A DNA stretch of 64,000 nucleotides from Histomonas meleagridis 2922-C6/04-290x. Lineage: Eukaryota > Protista > Parabasalia. Positions within the stretch are counted from its first letter, which is position 1. Each line of letters starts with the position of its first letter. The notes below the pieces were generated by a model that ran no database searches, was not told where the DNA came from, and saw only the letters and a list, made by a program, of their open reading frames with translations. Position numbers and translations under genes: made by a program. Location: positions 1-64,000 of the forward strand of contig JAANOX010000075.1 in NCBI GenBank assembly GCA_020184695.1, read 5' to 3'. Shown here one piece after another: positions 23,690-34,969 of this stretch.

Positions 23690-23830
23690 AAAGGTCATAT
23701 AGGAATTATTAAATTACTTCATGAACAAAAAGGAATTGATATTAATACATACTAAAAAAAATTTTTTTTATGTTTTATTTGATATTTCAACAAAATATTT
23801 GGAAATTATTTTAATTAATTTGTACATCAT
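23690..23830 (+). pseudogene. Single ankyrin fragment plus partial insert
   Basis: KGHIGIIKLLHEQKGIDINT followed by an AT-rich insert containing TTTCAACAAAATATTTGGAAA. Confidence 0.65.
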
Positions 23831-24326
23831 AAAACACAACTACATCAGAGTGCACAGAAATAATTAAATTACTGAAATATTTAATATTATCTTGAAATTA
23901 ATGAATAAAATTTTTTTAATTAACAAAATTATAAATGGAAAAATTTTATAGTAGACATGCAAATCTGCATATCGTGTAGAAATGATTACATTAATTCTGA
24001 AACAAGAAAGATTTAATGCAAAAAATAAATGTTGGTGAGAAACTTCTTTGGAAAGAAAAAATATATTTAGCATAAAATTTTTATTTTTGAAAACAATATT
24101 TCTTCTTATAACGAAGTACTTTTAAATTATTTCATTAAAATAAATTTCAATCTAAGAATAGATTAAATTTTGTTTTTTCCTTATTTGTAACATTTCCCAC
24201 ATGTGATACATTAAAAATATACACGTTATGATAAACATTCAAACACATAAAAGTTGAACCCAAAATCGAGTTGTCGATTTTGAGAGATAATTGAATTAAG
24301 TCCGATCAAGTGGGTTTTTGAAGAAA

Positions 24327-26888
24327 ATGTTTGTTTCCCTTTTTCTGTTATTACCTTTCCGTACAAAATGCGATAATGATACAGTTGGGGTAGCTTTCTG
24401 CGTATGTAGTCCAAGTACAATTGAATCATGCCGTGAATCTTTATCATGTTCTCCATACGTCGAGAATGTAAGGTATTATTATAGTACTGATGATGTAAGT
24501 AACCTTATAAGAGCACTCACAAATGAAACATTAGATTATATTGATTATTTTATCCAAGAATCAACAGAATTGGAATTAAACATTAATGAATATGTTGGAC
24601 AAAATACAGTAAGGTTTTTGGGCCTTTCAGAATCTTCCAGTGTGAAAATAGATTTTCTTGAAAATACCCCAAACAAATTTGCTGAGTTATCCTTCAATAG
24701 AATGTATTCACTCAAAATTCGCAATGGCGATCTCACCAACATAGAAATTCCTGCTGATTATGTTTCTTTTTATCAATCATTTATTAATCAAAATGCTGAT
24801 ATTACATTAACAATCACCAATTTATCATCTGATTTTGAATCTTTAGCATCCACAGAAAATAAAGGATCAATAAAAATTGGAAAATATATAGATATATTAA
24901 GCACTTCAGAGACACTTGTTGAAGCACAAAATTTATATCTAATGGATGGAGCAACTCTTCACATGAATTCATATTCTTTTGCGCCATACATTGTTTTCAC
25001 TGGGAGTGGTGTTGATTTTCAAAACGATGGCAGTTGTCTCATCAGTTTTGATGAAGCATCAAAATCCAATACAATCATAGTTGAAGATCAAGCCTCAACT
25101 ATTTCTGTTATTCTTGATGGTACTGGTAAAACTGACCACACACTCAGCTTTGTGTTTGCACAGTTCTCGACTTTAAACGTTGGATTCGCAGACCGTTTCA
25201 CAGGTGAAGGCATTGAAATTTCTTTTTCACCAGAAAACGATAGAACTTTTCTTAACGCCACTTTTGCCGATAGCACGTACTCATTTAATAAGTTTACAGT
25301 AGCCGATAACGTTGCCTTAATGTTACCTGATGCAACTTCTGTTAATAAATTCTTTGGTATAGCAAACATTGATAACACAAGTTTGTTATATCTTGATTTA
25401 TCTATTGAATCGCTAAGCAAAATTACTATGAGTGCAGATTCTATACAAATTGAATATGTTTATGGAACTTCAGGAACATCAGGAACAGCAACAATTCCAA
25501 TCAGCTTAGTTTCTATCTTAAATCTTGCTACAGTTGGCTCTACAGAAGCAATTAATATGGAAATCTCGGCAATTGCAGAAGAATTATATTTCACAATTGA
25601 GACTAATAAGTCATCAACATTTTCGTTTGGTAATATTCAAAGTGATATTGCCAATGCCGAAAGAATTGTATTTTCTCATGGCACTGAGAACATAACACTT
25701 ATCTCTCAAGGCGAAGCAGTTCCAATGTTTTCTCTTGCAGAACCAATTCGAGGTGTTTTGTTTGAAGCGTCAACAAATAAAATTAACTTAGACACTTCAA
25801 ATCAAAATCAAACTTATAGAACAGGACCTTCAGTGACAGTGAATGTCGATGGTAATGTTAGCATTCATCAAAACTTTCTTTTATGCGAATTCATTACTTT
25901 CACTTCGCAATCAAATGGCACTGTTAACATCGATTTCTCTGTTGAATCTCTTTCGACATATATATTCTCTAATGTTAATGCTGGATTCGCTAAAGATATG
26001 GAAGATGATGAATCCGACCCCAACATTAGCATGTATAATTTAACACTAGCAAACGCTTCTATTGTTAACACTGAAGCTGATATCTTCACACAGCACCTGA
26101 AAACTGACTTAAGTTCTCTTAGAAATCAATTCGGTAAATTAACGGTCAATAGAACGATAGAAGTAAACGATAACGTGGCGGTTATAAACGTTTCTTCATC
26201 GTTGTTGAATTTAACGTACTCAGAAGATTTTGCTATAAATGGAGTCAACCTGAATAATGAAACTCAATTAGATATTACAACAACTTCATCTGACGTCTCA
26301 TTTTACGTTTGTGGTAATGACGTTCCTCAAACGATTAAAGTTAAGATTGATGTATCTGTAAATGATTCAGTTAATATTTACATCGATGCTTCATGGTACA
26401 ATATCCCAATCCCAGAGGGATTCTCTATCACAACAGATGCAAATAGTATCACAATTTCAACAAATTTAATGGTGCTTCCAAACATTTCCATTATATCGAG
26501 CTCAGGCGAGCCAAAGCAATACACATCCATTGTCCATGATCCATCGTATACTGCAGACCTTGCGTTCTATCTCTTTGTTGGAATTTTTGCTGTTGTATTT
26601 ATTCTTTGCATTATTTTCCTTGCTATTTGCTGCAAGCCAAAACCAAAGGAGGAAGAGGGAAAGGAAGGTGAAAATGAGAACAAAGGCAACAAACAAAATC
26701 CTCCTGCACAACAAAATCAACAATCGAAACAAGCTCCAGCAAACGCTAAGCAAAATCCACCTCCAAAGCAGCCACCACCCAAACAGCAACCTGCAAAGCA
26801 ACCACCACCCAAGCAACAGCCTCCACCCAAACAGCAACCCGCAAAGCAACAGCCACCACCTAAGCAACAGGCACCACCAAAGAAGTAA
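24327..26888 (+). CDS. Large type I surface protein with Pro/Gln-rich cytoplasmic tail
   Basis: Signal peptide MFVSLFLLLPF; Cys-containing N-terminus (FCVCSP); long beta-rich ectodomain; TM helix plus ICCK; tail of KQPPPKQQPA-type repeats. Confidence 0.8.
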   Translation: MFVSLFLLLPFRTKCDNDTVGVAFCVCSPSTIESCRESLSCSPYVENVRYYYSTDDVSNLIRALTNETLDYIDYFIQESTELELNINEYVGQNTVRFLGLSESSSVKIDFLENTPNKFAELSFNRMYSLKIRNGDLTNIEIPADYVSFYQSFINQNADITLTITNLSSDFESLASTENKGSIKIGKYIDILSTSETLVEAQNLYLMDGATLHMNSYSFAPYIVFTGSGVDFQNDGSCLISFDEASKSNTIIVEDQASTISVILDGTGKTDHTLSFVFAQFSTLNVGFADRFTGEGIEISFSPENDRTFLNATFADSTYSFNKFTVADNVALMLPDATSVNKFFGIANIDNTSLLYLDLSIESLSKITMSADSIQIEYVYGTSGTSGTATIPISLVSILNLATVGSTEAINMEISAIAEELYFTIETNKSSTFSFGNIQSDIANAERIVFSHGTENITLISQGEAVPMFSLAEPIRGVLFEASTNKINLDTSNQNQTYRTGPSVTVNVDGNVSIHQNFLLCEFITFTSQSNGTVNIDFSVESLSTYIFSNVNAGFAKDMEDDESDPNISMYNLTLANASIVNTEADIFTQHLKTDLSSLRNQFGKLTVNRTIEVNDNVAVINVSSSLLNLTYSEDFAINGVNLNNETQLDITTTSSDVSFYVCGNDVPQTIKVKIDVSVNDSVNIYIDASWYNIPIPEGFSITTDANSITISTNLMVLPNISIISSSGEPKQYTSIVHDPSYTADLAFYLFVGIFAVVFILCIIFLAICCKPKPKEEEGKEGENENKGNKQNPPAQQNQQSKQAPANAKQNPPPKQPPPKQQPAKQPPPKQQPPPKQQPAKQQPPPKQQAPPKK
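26755..26885 (+). repeat. Coding tandem repeat (KQPPP/KQQPA/KQQPPP)
   Basis: Imperfect 15-18-nt units such as aagcagccaccaccc / aaacagcaacctgca / aagcaacagcctccaccc. Confidence 0.8.
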
Positions 26889-28172
26889 AGCCTATATGAA
26901 TAAATCATGAAAACATGTTTTAAGTAATGTTTCGCGTTCTATTTTTGTTGAAAGACTGAGTGCTTTGAACGATGGAATTTCCATAGTACGATAATACCTT
27001 TTCTGACAAAAATGATCATTTAACTATTGAATTTTCTATCAGATAATTTATTCTTCTTATTTTTTCCTGATTTTTCTCTCTTTTCCTAATTTTTTTCATC
27101 GATATCTAATTACTTGAAAAATTATGTAATTCTTTTAATATTGTTTAAATTTATATTTTATATCTTATTTTATTCATTTTATTTACTATCAATTTTTATT
27201 TTTAATTTTTATTTATTAAACTTTTTTATTTATTAATTATTTTTTAATTCTCTTAACGGTCGCTCGTTATTTTTATTCTTTAATTTCCTTTTATTTAAAA
27301 TTCTTTCTCACTTTATTTAACCTTGTAGTATTGCTGTTATACTTCAAAATTTTGAAATTAAAATTTTTGATTATTATAAAAATTTTAATTTAAAACTAAA
27401 TTTATTCATTATTAAATATAACAATCATTTATTGTTGTTGATTACTATTATTTCTTATATTAAATTTCAAAATTTTTGAAAATTTCAATTTTCATATTTT
27501 TAATTAATTTTATTTTATTGATATTAAAACACAATATCCTTTAATTATAACTTGTTGAATTGTTATTTTTATACTTAAATTTTGTTAATTTTCATTTTTT
27601 TGTTGAAATCTTTTTGATATTTTCGAAATTAAACAGATATTTAATAGAACAATTTCATCTATTATCATTTTAATGAACTTTCTTCTATTATAATTTTGAT
27701 TTTTAGTGAAATTTTGAATTATTCAAATTTTTGACTAATTTCAAAATTTTCAAATTTTTTATATTCTATTCATTGGCAAGGAATTTAAACTTATTTCTCT
27801 GCTTTTAACTTTAAAATTCTTGTAAATTTCTACAATTTCAAAAATTTTGCTTTAAATCAAAAAATTCTCAGTAAATAAAAAATTCTCTAAATCTTGTAGT
27901 TTAATATTCTTGCTTCAAATCAAAAATTTGTCAAAATTGAAAAATTTGCGATTTTCAAAAATTTTGATTTTTTGAAATTTTTGAAAAAAACTAAAAATTT
28001 CCAGATTTTGTTTTACTCAAAATTTTTCGAAAAAATTCATTTTGAGAATTTTTTTTTTATTTTCAAAATTTTTTGATTTATATATTAAATACCTAAAAAA
28101 ATTTAACAGCTGTTAAAGGTGAAAAACGAAATTTGAAATTTTATTCTGATATTATATAATAAGGTTCAGTTT

Positions 28173-29171
28173 CTATTTTGTATATTGATAAATATTATAG
28201 GTTTCTGTATCATTTTCAATGGCTTCCGGATGTTTCTGAAAGAAGTCGCCCCATGACTCGTAGCTTGTGTTATTCTGATCAAAAATGTAATCACCTGCTA
28301 GAGCTTCAATTGTTGGGATGTTGTAAAGCCGAAACTCAATTCCACCCCTCTTGTGTAGTACCAAACAATTTGGCATTGCTTCACAGAAACTTGCATAAAA
28401 ACTGTTATGTGGAGTTTCACGTGAAAAAAAGAGCCAATTTCCAGTATTATTCGAGTACTCCAGTAGAGACGCAATTTTTAACATCGCAGTCTTCTTTGGA
28501 CCAAACATAGCCAGAAATCTGATGAAATCAGTCATTTCAATGTATTCAGGATCAGCGCGATAAGGTGCAATTAATGCTTGGAGAACACTCTCTGCATTGT
28601 CTAAAGTCTGTCCGTTTTGTTTTAAAGCAACAGCTGTTCGATATATGAAATCATCTGCTTTGAAACGAAGACTTTGGCACCCGATTATTTCTTCCCAAAG
28701 ATTTTGAGCATTTGTAAAGAATTCCCCGACATAATCATTACTAACATTAAAAGGTACTCCAATGCTGAAAGGATATGTTATTTTTTTTGGCTGAGGCTTT
28801 TTTTCATTTACTGGATGAGGAATTTCTAAATTAGTTTTTGTAAACCCTTCTTTTGACCATTGAGTCCACCCTTCTTTATCTCTTTGAAGTTGCTTGAAAT
28901 TTAAATCCTTGAGATTAACATTCATTGTGTTGATTTTTATTCCCATAATATCGACAAGTGTCTTTTTATTCATACGAAATTTATTATTTGTGATCCACCC
29001 AATACCTATTTCCTCTTCAAGCGTTGGATTATTTGATGTAAATGATAGTAAAACATGTAACTTTGTAGTAAATTGTGATGAAGGATCACGACTACTTTTG
29101 CGTCTTATTGTATTTTGTATATTTGGTGGTAATTTAAAAAAAGCAGTCGGCGTTTTTGTGTAATTTTCCAT
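28173..29171 (-). CDS. IBP39: Initiator-binding protein IBP39 (IBD plus C-terminal domain)
   Basis: RRKSSRDPSSQFTTKLHVLL...LEEEIGIGW...MGIKINTMNVNLKDLNFKQLQRDKEGWTQW matches the trichomonad IBD; C-domain FLAMFGP..T.MLKIASLL. Likely ATG at 29171. Confidence 0.9.
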   Translation of the reverse strand: MENYTKTPTAFFKLPPNIQNTIRRKSSRDPSSQFTTKLHVLLSFTSNNPTLEEEIGIGWITNNKFRMNKKTLVDIMGIKINTMNVNLKDLNFKQLQRDKEGWTQWSKEGFTKTNLEIPHPVNEKKPQPKKITYPFSIGVPFNVSNDYVGEFFTNAQNLWEEIIGCQSLRFKADDFIYRTAVALKQNGQTLDNAESVLQALIAPYRADPEYIEMTDFIRFLAMFGPKKTAMLKIASLLEYSNNTGNWLFFSRETPHNSFYASFCEAMPNCLVLHKRGGIEFRLYNIPTIEALAGDYIFDQNNTSYESWGDFFQKHPEAIENDTETYNIYQYTK

Positions 29172-29853
29172 TAAAAAATTGGCGCGTTTTTTTTTTAATT
29201 GATTCAAATTTCGATTTTTTGAAATGATGATTGATTGAATTTTTGAATGGTTACGACGAACTATGAAAAAACTTGTTCTCTATCTGTATATGTAATATTA
29301 CATATGAATAAATTTGATAATGCAAACAATATAATAAAAGTAGCGTGCCTATTTTTACACTCAAATAACTTCAATTTTTTTTATAAAATATTCGATAAAA
29401 ACTGTGTAAGCCTTTATGATTAAATTGGATCATATATAATCGTTATTGATTCAATTACCAGCTTGTGCCTCCATCGGTTATCATTCACAGAATAAACCAT
29501 ATGAATACACTCATTTGTATAATATCATAAAATAGGATGTCATTTTTTTTCTGAAATTCAATAAATCATTTCTGAAATTTCAGTCAAAATTATCTTATTT
29601 TCTTATCATTTTATAATTATTCTTATAATTTTAAACTAACTTATTATTATATTGATAATATTTTTCGCATGAGCTCAAAAACAATCATAAATAGATCCAT
29701 CTTATGGAATTACATGAATATTTTAGCTAAAATAAATTGAAAATTAATTAATGGAGAGGACGAAATAACTGTTTCGAAAACAATCGTCTAAAGACGTTAA
29801 GTAATGTGAACAAATATTTGTAAAACTCACAAAAAGTGGCTTTTGTTCATGGA

Positions 29854-30999
29854 ATGGGAAAAAAATCACAAATTTTTCATGACTGTTTACTAAATCCCCT
29901 TTTCGGATCTCTTCGCTTACTTGCATTTTCATGTATTGCTCTATTCATTTTTTTAATTCTTATGTCATTATCAAATCATCCAACTACAAATAAATTTATA
30001 TTATCAGACATGGAAGTAGATCAAATTTTTCAGAACTGTAGTACTTGGAATGTTTTAAACCCATCCCTTGCAATTTTTATTCCTTTTGACATTAAACAAG
30101 TTGATTTATTAATCGCTAAAATTCAAATGTGGCAAGACCATAAGTATTGTCCATGTACTATCCGCAAAGGTGTTTCCACCAATTCTGAATCAAAATCCAC
30201 TGATCTGATTTTTTTCTTCATTGGTGATCCCACGAAGCATCCAGAAGTTAATCATCAAATTCTTTCATCTTTAGCAACCAATAGTAGTAGACCAACCAAA
30301 TCCAAATTTTCCACCATACGGCCATGTTTTCGTGGTGTTTATTTCAGAAGTCTTGAAGATCTTGACCTTCCGCCATCAATCAAACTTCCTGATCTTTTTT
30401 ACGGCTCATTTAATTCCACTCTCTTTGATGGTTACACTCATATGATATGGATGGATGTTAGTGTTTCTCCGATGCGCAATAATTGGATTCGTCCAATTTT
30501 CAAAGTACTTTCTGAAGATACGTTTTGGGTACTTGGCTCCATGTCCATATCTACACGCTTAAGTCATTTTGATCGTAGTTATTATCACATTCACATGAAT
30601 GCGATATATAATGTATACGATCAATGTTTTAAGGAATTTTTAAATCGGGTTAAACTCGAATATGGCTATACGACACCTGATATAGCAATGCACTTATATA
30701 GAACCGATTATTCCCATTTTAGGGAAGCACAATATATGCATTCTTATTTTAGGTACTCGAGATTGTTTGTTTCGTTGGATTTGCCAATGTTCGTTAAACC
30801 AACAATAAGATCAAAGGATTATCCGGGAACTTATTTCTTGACAATCGACAAGCACTGGTCAAAGTTCGGACAAAAAATTAGAGTGGTTAATATACATTCG
30901 GATTATTCAAATGTGGAAATGGAAAATACGACAGAAAATGAAGAAGGATTTCAAGAGATAAAGAATGAGATTAAGGATAAGAATAATAACAATAATTAA
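29854..30999 (+). CDS. Type II membrane protein, possibly glycosyltransferase-like
   Basis: N-terminal TM anchor (LLAFSCIALFIFLILMSL); lumenal domain with HMIWMDVSVSPMRNNW, FWVLGS and HIHMNAIYN motifs. Function is inference. Confidence 0.55.
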   Translation: MGKKSQIFHDCLLNPLFGSLRLLAFSCIALFIFLILMSLSNHPTTNKFILSDMEVDQIFQNCSTWNVLNPSLAIFIPFDIKQVDLLIAKIQMWQDHKYCPCTIRKGVSTNSESKSTDLIFFFIGDPTKHPEVNHQILSSLATNSSRPTKSKFSTIRPCFRGVYFRSLEDLDLPPSIKLPDLFYGSFNSTLFDGYTHMIWMDVSVSPMRNNWIRPIFKVLSEDTFWVLGSMSISTRLSHFDRSYYHIHMNAIYNVYDQCFKEFLNRVKLEYGYTTPDIAMHLYRTDYSHFREAQYMHSYFRYSRLFVSLDLPMFVKPTIRSKDYPGTYFLTIDKHWSKFGQKIRVVNIHSDYSNVEMENTTENEEGFQEIKNEIKDKNNNNN

Positions 31000-31283
31000 T
31001 TGTTTTTGTTAGAAATAAATATCATGTGATAATATCATTTTTAAAAATTTCTGAAATGTGACAAAAAATTAACAAAAATTTTGTTGTAAACACACAAACA
31101 AGATTTAACGATAGAGCTAAATGAATGAAAAATCATCGTATTTATATTCAAAATCAAAACAGTGTAAGGTTAACACAAAAAAAAATCTTACTAAAATAAA
31201 CCATACTAAAAGTTTAAAATCAACCGTTTAGTCATATAATCAAAATTCACAGTAACAGCGGTTATGGCTGATCACTAAGTTAG

Positions 31284-31361
31284 ATGCGTGGTAAGTGGCT
31301 TAAGAAGCGTATGCGGAGACTAAAAAGAAAGAGGAGGCAAATGAGGGCCAAGGCTAGGTAA
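31284..31361 (+). CDS. RPL41: Ribosomal protein eL41 (25 aa; below the ORF-track cutoff)
   Basis: ATG at 31284 translates [25 protein letters not shown], close to the eL41 consensus [21 protein letters not shown]; Inr-like TCACT at 31272-31276. Confidence 0.95.
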   Translation: [25 protein letters not shown]

Positions 31362-31445
31362 ACAAAAAGCATTCCAAAGTTAGTAAATCATTTTTTTCTC
31401 ATTTCAATTTTTCGACGATTCATCAAACTTGAGTATTTTATTATT

Positions 31446-33164
31446 TTAAACGAATTTGCAAAGTTCGTGCATTAGATCTTTGCAATTAATCTTATTTGTA
31501 CTTCCAATAATGTATTGTATCTTTCCACCAGAAATATTTTTTCCTAATTCTCTGATGTAATCTGCTTCTGAGAGAGTTATTCCTCCTATAAAGAACACCA
31601 AAATTCTGCGTACCTCATCGCTTCCTTGATTAGGAGGTTCTTCTCCCACTTTTCCGACTGGGATGCCCCTATCCTTTAATGGGTCACCCCATTTCCCGGG
31701 CCAGTCCCCAACCGTCGCTTTTTGAATCAAACGTAATGTAAGCGGCACAATTTTATCACAGATTTCATAAAGCTTGTCGTTATCCCCAATTGGCTCGCAA
31801 GTATGCAAGGCCTTCTCTATTTGTGCATATCCTGGGTATTGTTGATTTGACAAAAGTTTAATTCTTTCCAATCTTACTAATGATTCAAATGCATCAAATC
31901 CGAATTCAGAAACTATTTCCTTTTCGATTTTCTTGATCAACTTATCACTATGGCTTATGCCCACTGCACTTTCAAGGCATATTAACCTTAGTGCAGATAA
32001 CCAATCATTTAATATTGTGACATAACCTTCAGCATAATCCAAGATTGACTTTCTATTTTCGATCAGTTCCATTTCTTTCTGTACCAATGTTTGTTGTGGG
32101 TTTTCCTTGAAGAATTTTTCCAATATAATTTCATGTAATTTTTGCGTATTTTGGATTAATCCGACGCTATCCGCAAGTTTAAGGTAACTAAAGTATTTGT
32201 CCTTCGACTCCACAACAGAATAGTTCTTCAGGTTCTCAATGTCGTCTGATGCCATTTTGACAGTGGAAATCATTTCCGAAATTCGTCGGCCAACAGCTTC
32301 GATTGGGAGTTGTCGGATCTCGCTGAGCACCGAATCCTTCTCAGAGAACCTAAAATTCATGTTGTCGACGCTGCAAATGCCATAGCTAATGTCGAGATAT
32401 TCATCAACTAATCCTTCAAAAGAACATGGAGTCATCAGTGGTGTGACCATATCAACAGACCTATCAATAAGGATCAGAGAATGGATCTGTGGAAGCGCTG
32501 TCGATGATAAACCTGCTTGATTAATTATGCCATTCATCAATTCTAAAACTCTGTTGGCTGCAGTGCCAATGGTGAAGACTTGGGGGATAATTCCGTAAAC
32601 TGATTGGATTTTGGATAACGCGCGCGCTGAGGAATAAAGATCATTAAAATCATTTTCAATGTTAACTTGATAAAAAGTTCGAATACATGGCATCAAAAAG
32701 AAGTCCGCATCAATGGAAATGAAATCTGCATGGAATTCATGAACCCAAATTGATGTTGGACAATCTTTCTGTGGAATTGCTGAATAAACTGGTTTATACT
32801 CACTATCTTCAATGACTTGTTGAATAAGTGGTGTAACTCTGGGAATTGGAAGAAGAATTTTTGTGTAATTTGGTACTTTTTTGAAAATTTGGCAGATCTC
32901 TTCAACTGTTTCACGATCTGCTGGTGTTATTACGGCAAGAACAGCACTTCCAGTTGACTCTTTGATGCTTGGGCATTCTATAAACCCAGAAATATATTTC
33001 TCCTTCAAAGTTGGGTTAATAAGTTGGATGACAAAATTTCGAAGAAATGAAGGAAATGCCACATTAATTTTCTGTCCTGGTACTTCCTTTATGAAGCCTT
33101 CGAGATCTCTATTTACTTGTTCCTTAAATAAATGAAAATCAAGTCCGTATTGCTTTGATGACAT
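31446..33164 (-). CDS. VPS33: Sec1/Munc18-family protein Vps33
   Basis: SIDADFFLM, LILIDRSVDMVTPLMTPCSFEGLVDE and VFFIGGITLSE motifs. Confidence 0.8.
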   Translation of the reverse strand: MSSKQYGLDFHLFKEQVNRDLEGFIKEVPGQKINVAFPSFLRNFVIQLINPTLKEKYISGFIECPSIKESTGSAVLAVITPADRETVEEICQIFKKVPNYTKILLPIPRVTPLIQQVIEDSEYKPVYSAIPQKDCPTSIWVHEFHADFISIDADFFLMPCIRTFYQVNIENDFNDLYSSARALSKIQSVYGIIPQVFTIGTAANRVLELMNGIINQAGLSSTALPQIHSLILIDRSVDMVTPLMTPCSFEGLVDEYLDISYGICSVDNMNFRFSEKDSVLSEIRQLPIEAVGRRISEMISTVKMASDDIENLKNYSVVESKDKYFSYLKLADSVGLIQNTQKLHEIILEKFFKENPQQTLVQKEMELIENRKSILDYAEGYVTILNDWLSALRLICLESAVGISHSDKLIKKIEKEIVSEFGFDAFESLVRLERIKLLSNQQYPGYAQIEKALHTCEPIGDNDKLYEICDKIVPLTLRLIQKATVGDWPGKWGDPLKDRGIPVGKVGEEPPNQGSDEVRRILVFFIGGITLSEADYIRELGKNISGGKIQYIIGSTNKINCKDLMHELCKFV

Positions 33165-33271
33165 TTCCGATTTGCGAACCGTTTGACCATATAACGATTC
33201 AAATCGTCATTTTTATAAAATAAAAAAATCCAAATTTTTTACATTATTTTAAGTTTATAATTGATTCATTT

Positions 33272-34531
33272 TTATTTGAGCCCGACAAGGTTTAGTTTAA
33301 ACGACACGTACGGATGATATTCAGTCTCATCATTCATCATATCTTCTCCACCATCATCACCATCCAAAATCCCATCACTGAACACCTTTTCAAGTTCTTT
33401 GTGTATCTTGGGAATGTTCTTTGGCAGCGCGCAAACGCGAAATGCCTGGAATTCTGATTTGATACCATACAAAAGTATCGATTCCACAAAGATTCTGATG
33501 GCTTTTATGTGTAGCCAGACAATGGCAAGCTGAGAAAACGTCGATTGAAGCTGTTCAGAGTAATTATTTGATTCATTCAAATAATTTTGAATAGCTTCTT
33601 GAGCCTCTTTTTGAAGTTCCTCACGAAGATTAGGGTTGTAAGTGAACTCCTTGATGTGCCATCCTTTCTCTTTTGTGGCACTTTTGTAATCATCAAGATT
33701 CTTTGAAATTATGGTAACAGCAAAGCATGTATACTCATTGTCAGACGCAAGCTCTGCAAGTGAGCCGGGAACAACGTATGTAGAATCAAGTGTGTAATTG
33801 TTCTTAAATTCTGCAATATATCCATTCTTAACAACAATTAAGATGGTGCTGAGGTTGCGAGTGTGGACGTATATTGGAGTTTTTGTGGCTTTGGATGCAT
33901 AATATTCATTGAGATTTGTTACAGAATACATTTCAGATCCAATTTCATCAAGATTGCGAACAAGAAGACTTCCTTCACTCCTCCTACGAAGGTTTATGAT
34001 CTTATTACCTGCTTCTGTGAAGGCAGTACTGGAATTTCGAATTTGTTCATCAAGTGATTGAACTTCATCTAACAACGCTTTGTGAATTTCAATGACTGAT
34101 CCTTTCTGAGAGAATTGGATATCGTTCCATTCCCATCCTTCTATATATTGATCAATTGGAATTTCATCAATTTGATTTCCGTTTTGTATTGAAACCAAAA
34201 GTTTTGGTGGGATAGCTGGGTCAAAGGCACAATTGCATGGAAGATCATTCCATCCCCTTAAATTATCAGCTTCTATTTTTTTGGACAAATCGCTACAACT
34301 CCTTGCTACACGTGTGAGAAGACTAAAAGCTTGAAGATCGAGCTTACCGATTTCATCAGCAATTGACATTAACTGATCGGTTGAAGAGAATTCTGTTAAG
34401 TTTGCTGAAACTGGAAACTGTTGCACCTTACCAAGTGAACCAACAATACCTTCTATAACTTTGTTTATACTAGATCCTTTGAATTGTGGTGGAAGCTCCT
34501 TCGAAAAAGAAAGAAGTAAATATTGTGCCAT
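33272..34531 (-). CDS. ATP6V1C: V-type ATPase V1 subunit C
   Basis: GSLLVRNL, FSQLAIVWLHIKAIRIFVESILLYG and EYHPYVSF match V-ATPase C conserved blocks. Confidence 0.9.
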   Translation of the reverse strand: MAQYLLLSFSKELPPQFKGSSINKVIEGIVGSLGKVQQFPVSANLTEFSSTDQLMSIADEIGKLDLQAFSLLTRVARSCSDLSKKIEADNLRGWNDLPCNCAFDPAIPPKLLVSIQNGNQIDEIPIDQYIEGWEWNDIQFSQKGSVIEIHKALLDEVQSLDEQIRNSSTAFTEAGNKIINLRRRSEGSLLVRNLDEIGSEMYSVTNLNEYYASKATKTPIYVHTRNLSTILIVVKNGYIAEFKNNYTLDSTYVVPGSLAELASDNEYTCFAVTIISKNLDDYKSATKEKGWHIKEFTYNPNLREELQKEAQEAIQNYLNESNNYSEQLQSTFSQLAIVWLHIKAIRIFVESILLYGIKSEFQAFRVCALPKNIPKIHKELEKVFSDGILDGDDGGEDMMNDETEYHPYVSFKLNLVGLK

Positions 34532-34701
34532 TGAAAAAACTTTTTAATTTGTTAAAAGTAAACAAAGTTTGTCAAAATAAACGGTTAATAGATTTTTTTT
34601 TTAGGTTGAATTGACATTACCTTAGATGTAATTAAAAAATTATTGATAATATCGATTTAAGGTTAAATAACGATTTGTTAAATATTGTATAAATAATAGT
34701 C

Positions 34702-34969
34702 TAAACAAATATTGTAATGATTAAAAACAATAGTAATATTGATTGTTAAAAATATTTTTAATTTAATTTTTTATGTTTTGTAACTTTAGTTGTATAGAAT
34801 TAGATTAAATCTTATAATAACTAAAATTATTAAACAAATATTGTAATGATTAAAAACAATAGTAATATTGATTGTTAAAAATATTTTTAATTTAATTTTT
34901 TATGTTTTGTAACTTTAGTTGTATAGAATTAGATTAAATCTTATAATAACTAAAATTATTAAACAAATA
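34702..34969. repeat. Exact 129-bp tandem duplication (2 copies plus 10 nt)
   Basis: 34702..34830 reads identical to 34831..34959 (taaacaaatattgtaatg...ctaaaattat); includes the stop codon and last codons of the SEL1-like gene. Confidence 0.9.

Noticed and set aside
26502-26910. Gly/Cys-rich and Trp/Leu-rich ORFs
   Set aside because: Antisense or off-frame readings of the KQPPP repeat tail.
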